Below are positions 53,593-64,000 of a stretch of 64,000 nucleotides of DNA, one piece after another. The notes beneath the pieces are model-generated. The model ran no database searches, was not told where the DNA came from, and worked only from the letters and a program-made list of their open reading frames with translations. Within the stretch, counting starts at the first letter, position 1, and each line of letters starts with the position of its first letter. Made by a program: the position numbers and the translations under genes. Origin of the DNA: Octopus bimaculoides (taxonomy: Eukaryota); contig NC_068984.1 of assembly GCF_001194135.2 (NCBI RefSeq), positions 115,950,925 to 116,014,924 of the forward strand. Reading direction: 5' to 3'.

Positions 53593-53846
53593 AATTCTAT
53601 AATTTTCTATTAAGTGTTCATTTTTCTCCTCCCGAATATCAGTACTATCACAGATGACAGCAGTTTAGTCACACGGACTGCTGTCATAACAAAAAAGAGG
53701 AAGAAATACACAAGTACGATTGAAAGTCAAGAGGAAATATACATATAATGAAGTAGAATAATAAGACACTTCAGCTAACGAGAAATCTCGCTACTTCCGT
53801 AGACTGGTGTTTTTCGACCATTTATATGTATATATTGCGACATATG

Positions 53847-53880
<34 letters not shown>

Positions 53881-54451
53881 TGTATGTATGTATGTATGTA
53901 TGTATGTATTAGTATTATCTCAGTTTAAAAAAAAACCTTTGACAATGTAAATATGTTAATAGTTACCAGAGGTAGCAAAATTACACTAAAAAAACAAGAT
54001 ATCACAGCCGTTTTATAGGTAGAGATACCAAGTTAAAGTGATACATTTTGAGAAGATATGAATAATAATAATAAATGGAGCAAAACGCATATAAATAAAA
54101 GTTCCTTTAATTCCTACACATGTTTCAAAATATATGAGAGCCCTTCTACAAAGAAGTAAGAGCTGCTGGAATTCCACATATATTCATCNNNNNNNNNNNN
54201 NNNNNNNNNNNNNNNNNNNNNNNNNNNNNNNNNNNNNNNNNNNNNNNNNNNNNNNNNNNNNNNNNNNNNNNNNNNNNNNNNNNNNNNNNNNNNNNNNNNN
54301 NNNNNNNNNNNNNNNNNNNNNNNNNNNNNNNNNNNNNNNNNNNNNNNNNNNNNNNNNNNNNNNNNNNNNNNNNNNNNNNNNNNNNNNNNNNNNNNNNNNN
54401 NNNNNNNNNNNNNNNNNNNNNNNCATTTATATGTATATATTGCGACATATG

Positions 54452-54485
<34 letters not shown>

Positions 54486-54569
54486 TGTATGTATGCTTGT
54501 ATGTATGTATGTACGTATGTATGTACGTATGTATATATGCGTGTATGTATGTATACATGTATGTATATG

Positions 54570-55045
54570 TGCAGATTTGTACGTTTCGTTTTATGTATGT
54601 ATTCTCATGTATATAGTAGCATTTCTAGACATGCTCATATATTTTTAAATGATAAACTTCAGGAAAGTTTTACAGATTTTTACAGTTCCAGTGATAGATT
54701 GCATCTATAGTCTTCGAATCAGCTTTCTTTCTTCTGGATTTGAGAAGCCTAATTTCTCAAGATGTGCATTTACGCAGTGTTACATATCCCAGGGCCCCGA
54801 TAATTACAGATATAAACCTGAATTTGTAACCTCGATGGAATAATGAAGATTTCTCAATAGTTCAGCGTAGATATTCTCTTTGTCACAGATCCAGTTCTTC
54901 ATCTTTATGTTAACATCCGCTGGGCAGCTACTTTCCACAACCGTGCAGAGGCTGTCTTCTCTATCCCAAATCATTATATCAGGTCTGTTGCGCTTACATT
55001 TTATTGAGGTCTTCACTGGCACATTCCACCAGTGCTCACTTTTAT
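54570..55045 (-). mobile_element. 5'-truncated RLE-type LINE 3' end, second family
   Basis: WWNVPVKTSIKCKRNRPDIMIWD...CTVVESSCPADVNI...KENIY, then after frameshifts IIGALGYV and GTVKICKTFLKFII* (stop at 54645). (TACA)n on both sides. Confidence 0.8.
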
Positions 55046-55103
55046 TATGTGTGTATGTATGTATGTATGTATGTATGTATGTGCGTACGTATGTATATGT
55101 GTA

Positions 55104-55135
<32 letters not shown>

Positions 55136-55737
55136 NNNNNNNNNNNNNNNNNNNNNNNNNNNNNNNNNNNNNNNNNNNNNNNNNNNNNNNNNNNNNNNNN
55201 NNNNNNNNNNNNNNNNNNNNNNNNNNNNNNNNNNNNNNNNNNNNNNNNNNNNNNNNNNNNNNNNNNNNNNNNNNNNNNNNNNNNNNNNNNNNNNNNNNNN
55301 NNNNNNNNNNNNNNNNNNNNNNNNNNNNNNNNNNNNNNNNNNNNNNNNNNNNNNNNNNNNNNNNNNNNNNNNNNNNNNNNNNNNNNNNNNNNNNNNNNNN
55401 NNNNNNNNNNNNNNNNNNNNNNNNNNNNNNNNNNNNNNNNNNNNNNNNNNNNNNNNNNNNNNNNNNNNNNNNNNNNNNNNNNNNNNNNNNNNNNNNNNNN
55501 NNNNNNNNNNNNNNNNNNNNNNNNNNNNNNNNNNNNNNNNNNNNNNNNNNNNNNNNNNNNNNNNNNNNNNNNNNNNNNNNNNNNNNNNNNNNNNNNNNNN
55601 NNNNNNNNNNNNNNNNNNNNNNNNNNNNNNNNNNNNNNNNNNNNNNNNNNNNNNNNNNNNNNNNNNNNNNNNNNNNNNNNNNNNNNNNNNNNNNNNNNNN
55701 NNNNNNNNNNNNATATATATATATATATATGTATATA

Positions 55738-55785
<48 letters not shown>

Positions 55786-56435
55786 TAAAAATGAGTTATG
55801 TGTATATGATTGATAGAAGAGAGAGAAAAGGAAAGAAAGAGAGAGATAGGGAGAAAAAAGACAGAGAACGAGAGAGAGGGAGAAAGAGAGCTTGTGTTTT
55901 TATAGGGACATATATTCTCATCTATGTACTGCGACACACACACGCATATACACACGTACACGCACACACACACTCACACACACACAGGTAGATAGACGCA
56001 CATATACTCACGCATTATTATCTCTCTTATTATTACTTACCTTTGTCTGCCATTCTCTGTCACTCTATCTGTCTCTCTTTCTCTCACTCTCTCCAACTCT
56101 CTCTTTCTCTCTCAAAGTCTCCCCCTCCCCCTCTGTCTTCATATCTCTCCTTCTAATTCACCTTTCTTTCCATTTATGTATTTACACGTATGAAATACAT
56201 GCGCGAACATCATACTAGAAGCTGTTTACATAATAATATAAATGCCTAACAAACTATCACTGTCTCTATAAACACTAATTGTAAATCCCGAACAAACACT
56301 CTAGACACACACCGTTGTACTCTGTTGCTGCTCGTCCACTCTACCACTCGCACTATCTCTAGGTCTCACCTCTACTATCTCTCTCTTTCTCTCTTTCTTT
56401 CTCTGCCACTCTCTTCTTTTCTCTGTCAGGCACAC

Positions 56436-56472
<37 letters not shown>

Positions 56473-56778
56473 TACATAATGATACGTCCTTTTTCATGCA
56501 CATTGTCAGTCGACACTCTTTTTTTCCTACTTTTCTCTTTCTCTCGTTCATGACCAGATTTCCCTATATCTCTGCTGTCATTTTCTCAATCCTTCCCTGT
56601 CATATACACAAGTCTATGCACATATGCATTTATGCACATCTGGCGTATATTACCTATGTATTCACTCTCTGTCACTCTTTCTCTCACTCTGTCTGTCTGT
56701 CTCTATACATACATACATGCATACACACACACACACACACACACATACATACATACATACATATATACATACATACAT

Positions 56779-56826
<48 letters not shown>

Positions 56827-57072
56827 GTATATAATTTCGTGTCACAAGCACAGATTTCCAAATACATATGTCATTACAGAGATACTGATTCTTTCTGTCT
56901 TTTCTTTCATACACACGCAAGCACACACTTGCGCACACAAACAGACACTCGCACACACATACACACAGACGTAGATTCCCATCCTGTTTCTGACATTTAA
57001 ATCTCTCTCTTCTCTCTCTCCCTCTCCCTCTCTGTCTTTTTTCATTTATGTACCACAGTTTCTCGTTTTCTT

Positions 57073-57420
57073 TTTGCCTCTGCTCTCACTCTCTCTCACT
57101 CTTTCTCACTCTCTCTCACTCTTTCTCACTCTCTCTCACTCTTTCTCACTCTCTCTCACTCTTTCTCACTCTCTCTCACTCTTTCTCACTCTCTCTCACT
57201 CTTTCTCACTCTCTCTCACTCTTTCACACTCTCTCTCACTCTTTCTCTCTCTCTTTCACTCTCTCTCACTCTTTCTCTCTCTCTCACTCTTTCTCACTCT
57301 CTCTCACTCTTTCTCTCTCTTTCACACTTTCTCACTCTCTCTCACTCTTTCTCTCTCTCTCTCTCTCTCTCTCACTCTTTCTCACTCTCTCTCACTCTTT
57401 CTCACTCTCTCTCTTTCTCT
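57073..57420. repeat. CT-rich tandem repeat, ~22-bp unit CTCTTTCTCACTCTCTCTCACT
   Basis: Read directly from the sequence. Confidence 0.9.
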
Positions 57421-57508
57421 CTTGTTCATTCGCTCTCAGTTCACATTTCACCTTTTCTACGTTTACATGTCTATCTTTCTGTCTCTCTCGCTCTATCTCT
57501 CCTGTCTT

Positions 57509-57550
<42 letters not shown>

Positions 57551-57863
57551 GCTCTCTCTATCTCTCCTGACTTTCTCTCTCTCTCTCTCTGTCTGTCTCG
57601 CTCTCTCTCTCTGTGTCTCTCCTGTCTTTCTGTCTCTGTCTCTCTCTCTCCCTCTGTCTTTCCTCACGCTCAACCTATCTCTCCGTCTCACTCTCATTTT
57701 CTGTCTGCTTTTAACTCTGCCCTTCCACTCTCATCACTCTCCTACCCTCTGTCACTGTCTGTCTGTCTGTCTCTCTCTCTCTTTCAGTCTTTCTTCATTC
57801 ATCTAACTATTACAATTTTTCCCTCTCTGTATTTCTCTTCCTCTTTCTATCTCCTTTCCTCTG

Positions 57864-57907
<44 letters not shown>

Positions 57908-58308
57908 ATCCTCATCACCTCAACACACAAATAATCCCTCACATCGTTACTTACTCATTGTCCTCTCGTTTGTTTCCATAATTTTTTTTTCAAGGGCAGC
58001 CGAACACTACCACACATCTTTATAACCGCTTTATAAGCCCCCCTCCACCACCACAACCACCACTACCACCACACCTCTTCTCGTAGTTCATCAACTTCAC
58101 ACTGATCAAATTAATGCAGGTGATATACCTAGCCTCGATACCTCATCATCTCTAGGTCAATGGCTGTGAAAGAAGAAGTAAAAAAAAAAAGTAAAAGACC
58201 AAAAACATGTGGGCGACATGGAGACCTGCAATATGGACCGACTACTTGCTACTGAGAGAAAACTACGCTACTCACTTGCATAAACATATGTTCAAAGCAC
58301 ACATACGT

Positions 58309-58343
<35 letters not shown>

Positions 58344-59377
58344 NNNNNNNNNNNNNNNNNNNNNNNNNNNNNNNNNNNNNNNNNNNNNNNNNNNNNNNNN
58401 NNNNNNNNNNNNNNNNNNNNNNNNNNNNNNNNNNNNNNNNNNNNNNNNNNNNNNNNNNNNNNNNNNNNNNNNNNNNNNNNNNNNNNNNNNNNNNNNNNNN
58501 NNNNNNNNNNNNNNNNNNNNNNNNNNNNNNNNNNNNNNNNNNNNNNNNNNNNNNNNNNNNNNNNNNNNNNNNNNNNNNNNNNNNNNNNNNNNNNNNNNNN
58601 NNNNNNNNNNNNNNNNNNNNNNNNNNNNNNNNNNNNNNNNNNNNNNNNNNNNNNNNNNNNNNNNNNNNNNNNNNNNNNNNNNNNNNNNNNNNNNNNNNNN
58701 NNNNNNNNNNNNNNNNNNNNNNNNNNNNNNNNNNNNNNNNNNNNNNNNNNNNNNNNNNNNNNNNNNNNNNNNNNNNNNNNNNNNNNNNNNNNNNNNNNNN
58801 NNNNNNNNNNNNNNNNNNNNNNNNNNNNNNNNNNNNNNNNNNNNNNNNNNNNNNNNNNNNNNNNNNNNNNNNNNNNNNNNNNNNNNNNNNNNNNNNNNNN
58901 NNNNNNNNNNNNNNNNNNNNNNNNNNNNNNNNNNNNNNNNNNNNNNNNNNNNNNNNNNNNNNNNNNNNNNNNNNNNNNNNNNNNNNNNNNNNNNNNNNNN
59001 NNNNNNNNNNNNNNNNNNNNNNNNNNNNNNNNNNNNNNNNNNNNNNNNNNNNNNNNNNNNNNNNNNNNNNNNNNNNNNNNNNNNNNNNNNNNNNNNNNNN
59101 NNNNNNNNNNNNNNNNNNNNNNNNNNNNNNNNNNNNNNNNNNNNNNNNNNNNNNNNNNNNNNNNNNNNNNNNNNNNNNNNNNNNNNNNNNNNNNNNNNNN
59201 NNNNNNNNNNNNNNNNNNNNNNNNNNNNNNNNNNNNNNNATATATGTATGTATGTATGTATACATATATACATGTAAATACATTCACCTATCCATCCACC
59301 AGTTATCAATCTAAATCTGTCTCCTTCATTCCCTCCTCCTCTTCTTTTATGTATATACACACATATATGTGTGTGTG

Positions 59378-59436
<59 letters not shown>

Positions 59437-59593
59437 GTATAACCAGACACTATCTTACACACAAACGCACACACACACACACACACACTTACGCACTCAC
59501 ACATATGTTGCCTCTTCCATTCTCTACTCTTTATTTGCCGCGCTTTTTGTAATTCCTACCAATTTCATAATACTAATTTTCATTCATTCATCG

Positions 59594-59665
<72 letters not shown>

Positions 59666-59814
59666 CATTTATCTGTATATCTATCTATTTTACTAACACA
59701 AAATGAAGATATAGTTCAGATCCAAAGAAAATCGATCGATAATTAGAAACAAAACAGACCAGAGCTGTTAGATTTGCAGTCTTATTTATTATCATTGTTA
59801 AGATGTTACCCCGC

Positions 59815-60002
59815 TCTGTCTCTCTCTTTCTCTGTCTCTCTCTTTCTCTGTCTCTCTCTTTCTCTGTCTCTCTCTTTCTCTGTCTCTCTCTTTCTCTGTC
59901 TCTCTCTTTCTCTGTCTCTCTCTTTCTCTGTCTCTCTCTTTCTCTGTCTCTCTCTTTCTCTGTCTCTCTCTTTCTCTGTCTCTCTCTTTCTCTGTCTCTC
60001 TC
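59815..60002. repeat. 20-bp CT-rich tandem repeat TCTCTCTTTCTCTGTCTCTC, about 9 copies
   Basis: Read directly from the sequence. Confidence 0.95.
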
Positions 60003-60408
60003 TTACACACATGCTCAGACAACTTACGACCACATAAATGTACGTAGGTATAAATACACACATGTGCGCGCGTGTGTATGACTATGCGTGCTTATATATT
60101 CTATAACGTTATTTATATGAAAATCCATGGAATTTCTTGCATCAGAATTCTGAGGTGAGCAGCATTAACTGTAGTCCATATATACATATACATATACATA
60201 TGCATATACATAAACACACGCAAAAACACACGCACACGCACACACGCACACAAACACACACACACACAAACACACACAAACACTCACATTCATACACCCA
60301 CCCACACACTCATACTCACACACATGTATACACATACATTTATGTACATATGCATGTATAAATATATGCGTATATATACATGCATATATATGTTTATATA
60401 TATATATG

Positions 60409-60451
<43 letters not shown>

Positions 60452-61129
60452 NNNNNNNNNNNNNNNNNNNNNNNNNNNNNNNNNNNNNNNNNNNNNNNNN
60501 NNNNNNNNNNNNNNNNNNNNNNNNNNNNNNNNNNNNNNNNNNNNNNNNNNNNNNNNNNNNNNNNNNNNNNNNNNNNNNNNNNNNNNNNNNNNNNNNNNNN
60601 NNNNNNNNNNNNNNNNNNNNNNNNNNNNNNNNNNNNNNNNNNNNNNNNNNNNNNNNNNNNNNNNNNNNNNNNNNNNNNNNNNNNNNNNNNNNNNNNNNNN
60701 NNNNNNNNNNNNNNNNNNNNNNNNNNNNNNNNNNNNNNNNNNNNNNNNNNNNNNNNNNNNNATATATATATTCACACATATATATTGCTTATGTAGGAGT
60801 GTGTTATGGTGTATACAATGTACATGTCAATATTTGAAAGCTAAAGCATATACAAATATGACCTGTGCCACTAAAAACGTAGCGATCACCTATCTACCAC
60901 TTGGCAATAAGTTCCATCCCAAAAGGCGGTTGAATTACAAGCTACAAGTGTTTACTCGGATAAAGTAACCTTTCCTTATATCACACTTGATCATAAATAA
61001 TTCTGTGGCCACTCGCAGGGAGAGATTGGTTGACTGAACTAGTGGCTAATATTGTTCAGTATCACATTGACATTTGATGTTTCTCACTTTGAACAAACTT
61101 AGAACGAGAATACTGCTTTATTATAATGT

Positions 61130-61480
61130 CGGTTGGTGGATGTCCGTCGTCTGATGATGAAGATTCGGATGTCGAGTCAAGCGCATTATCAGATGAGACA
61201 TCAACGTGCAGCCAGCTGAGTAATCCAGAGACACATGTACCCTGAAAGCAAGAGAGAGAGAGAGAGAGAGCGTGGTATAGTATGTAATGAAGCTGTACCG
61301 TTTGAATTACAGGTACAATCCACTCGACCAGCTTCTATATTTTACGTCTACCCGATTTCACTCTGACGTTATGGGTCAATCTGAAGTAATATTCAATGTC
61401 GTTTGCACAAGACGCCAGGTAGAGGGATCGCACCAGGGACCTTATGTTTGCAAAGCAAACTTCTTAACTATTCGGCCATA
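61130..61480 (-). mobile_element. Highly decayed SINE family B-related copy
   Basis: AACGTGCAGCCAGCTGAGTAATCCAGAGACACATGTACCCT and TTTGAATTACAGGTACAA align with family B segments. Confidence 0.6.
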
Positions 61481-61699
61481 TTGCTTCTAGCTGTAACATA
61501 AAGAAATGAAATGTTAAATGCAAATTATATATAAGACATCTATAAGCACATCCTAAAAGAGTAAGAGATGGAAAAAGAAAAACAAGCAAATTTAGTGCTG
61601 AAAGTGGAGCATGTTGTAGCATCTTTTTCGGCATTGTGCATGTGTCTCAGTTGAAATACATTTGGATATACTCCACTGTTTGCCTTCTCTGTTTTACAC

Positions 61700-62230
61700 C
61701 TGTGTTTCGACGGAGAAATCAAGACATTTTTAGATTTACCAATACTTCTTTGGTGAAGTTAGTTAATTCCTTCAAATTGGCATAATTTACGTAGTTCTTT
61801 CAAATAGTGGCTCTATTTTATAAGTCATTGAAGAAATATTTTTACCCATCACTAGAAAGCATACATGAGTTTTGCATTTATGTTTACTTATATATTTGGT
61901 GTCCTTTCTACTTTCAGCTTCTGACGTATGTGCTATAACCTATACTCAATTTTCAATATTTTTCCCTTTTTCAAGTGTTATTTACTGTTAATAAATTGTA
62001 TAGTTGATCAGACTGACAAATGTGTTCCTTCTCTCACCACAAGATTTTGGCCTCTGGAAATTATACATTGAACTTTCTGAGACAAATTTAATGCATACGT
62101 CTTGCATTATTAACATAAATTTATTTAGCTTAATGTCATTGTCTTGCTGGGAGATGATTCCAAGCCAGTTATGTTTGAATATCTCCTTTTAGATTGATTT
62201 CCAGTTAACCATGTTGAAATTCAGGCTAGA
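61700..62230 (-). mobile_element. Highly decayed CR1-like LINE, endonuclease-RT linker region
   Basis: Minus-strand pieces LNFNMVNWKSI, KHNWLG, CIKFV, KIEPLF follow the pattern of the LINE linker; many stops. Confidence 0.4.
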
Positions 62231-62275
62231 CAATGTATAAGTGTTCTTCAGGCTACAATTTATTTTTATTAATTC

Positions 62276-62417
<142 letters not shown>

Positions 62418-63064
62418 TTGGCTTAGCGAAGTGAGACATTCTTTAATATGTTGATCCAATTTAGTTAAGACTTCAACTATCTTTCTGATGATCTCCTCAC
62501 TCGTTTATTATTATTTTTTTTTTCGTAATGTGATTTCTATAGTGGAAGATATATGTAGATACATCTATATTAGTTGCTATGTATGTAGCATTGGGTGTCA
62601 CAAATCGAATTTGAGTGTCACTTATCTAAGAGAATCACAGCGTTACTAAATCTTATTGTATGTCCGCTCTGACATCATTCTTTATTCTTATAAAATGACA
62701 ACGAACATAAAATACATGGGAATGTGTAGTTCTGTATACTTGTTATGCTGAAACTAGATGCGTTTCTCAAAGTGTCATGGATATTGCTCTAGAAAATTTT
62801 ACGTTTATTACAAACTTGTCAGACACCGCTAATATATTATAGCAATATCCATGTTATATTACACTGGGGTATTTTCGGTTCTTTACATTCTGTGCTCGAG
62901 GTTAACTTTACTTGTCATCCTCTGCGATAGAAAAGGTACTGATCAAATAGAGAGGAAGATAGTATCGACTAAGCCCTTCTATCGCGAATTGTTGACCTTG
63001 TGGTTAAATTAGAAACCATATTACAGTGAGGTTTGGAAGTGACTATTGTGTGGTATATTATTTG

Positions 63065-63510
63065 TTATAGCCTTAAGGTGGCGATTTGTCACAACTGTTA
63101 GCTCGGCGAGGAAAATGTTTAGCAGCATTTCGTCCGTCTTTACGTTCCGAATTCAAATTTGGAACGTAAAGACGGATGAGGTCGATTTTGCCTTTCATCC
63201 TCTCGGGGTCGATATAATAAGAACCAGTTGAGCACTGTGGTAGAGGAAATCCACTAGCCCCCCGCCATCTAATTTCAGACTCTGTGCTTATAATAGAAAC
63301 GATTAGTCGGGATGGCCTCAGGCGGCGATCTAGCCGAATTGTTAGAGGGTGGGAAAATGCTTTCCGACTCATTCCGTTCTGAGTTTAAATTCCTCCGAGA
63401 ATAAATTTGCCTTTTATTTTCCGGGGTTCATAAAATAAATTATCAGTCAAATTCTGGGATCGATACTATCGACTTGCTTCCTATCCTCAAAATTGCTGGT
63501 GTTGTGCTAA
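63065..63510 (+). mobile_element. Two decayed SINE family A copies
   Basis: Head GGTGGCGA...GTTAGC and core TTTGCCTTTCATCCTCTCGGGGTCGAT; a second copy starts near 63320. Confidence 0.7.
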
Positions 63511-63971
63511 AATTAGAAATAATTATTCGTGATGGCTTTCTACCTTTGTCTGCATAACACTATCTGTAGCAGCTGGTTCCCTGGTTGAAATTGTTTCTGT
63601 ACCGATTTAAAAACCGATATGATTTATCTGTTGCAACAATTCGATGAATAATCGTTAATTATTGTAAAATTCAGCAATTACGCACTTCAGCAATTCTAAC
63701 AATTTCCAGTTGCTGTTAGGTTTTCTTATGCTACTAAACTGCTCGCTACTTATGGCGAAAAATCCTTGCAGTGTTTTCGCATTTTAATACTGCTATTAAA
63801 AAAAAAAATCTAATCCCTTTTGTACTCTAAACGGGCTAAATAATTCACTGCTATATTTTCTCCCAATATGCTTCAGTTGTTGCTGATGATAGTGTACCAT
63901 TTTATGTCACATTTTTAATTGATATAACTGTAAAATATTTTGCTATTTATTTCATATACCTTATTCTCTTA

Positions 63972-64000
63972 GTGGAGGCGCAATGGCCAGTAGTTAGGGC
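63972..64000 (+). mobile_element. Start of a SINE family B copy, cut by the window end
   Basis: GTGGAGGCGCAATGGCCAGTAGTTAGGGC. Confidence 0.85.

Noticed and set aside
61126-61245. Acidic ORF MSVGGCPSSDDEDSDVESSALSDETSTCSQLSNPETHVP
   Set aside because: It lies on a decayed SINE family B copy.

Overview
AT-rich eukaryotic scaffold with many N gaps, dominated by microsatellites ((TA)n, (CA)n, (TATG)n, (TCTA)n, (TAA)n, (AG)n) and transposon relics. The SINE families and repeat density look like an octopus genome; this is recognition from memory, not a database result. Almost every ORF in the supplied track is a microsatellite, N-gap or TE artefact. No complete gene is present. The best host-gene evidence is one well-bounded + strand exon at 22098-22351 (unidentified, rich in RRxS sites, with a KSVSF PP1-type motif) and a probable spliced exon pair at 18-65/139-240, so the window is probably mostly intron. 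Mobile elements seen: a full-length dead DD34D mariner; maT-like and MITE derivatives; hAT remnants; two Helitron-type 3' ends, one carrying a 19-bp tandem array; three tRNA-derived SINE families; CR1-like, RTE-like and RLE-type (R4/Dong-like) LINE fragments; and Penelope-like pieces. The most notable observations are a near-intact minimal hammerhead ribozyme motif (13457-13502, minus) and a decayed one behind a Penelope GIY-YIG remnant, RLE retroelement ends embedded in (TAA)n and (TACA)n microsatellites, and old degenerate 33-bp and 23-bp arrays. I found no solid evidence for a wholly new biological system.
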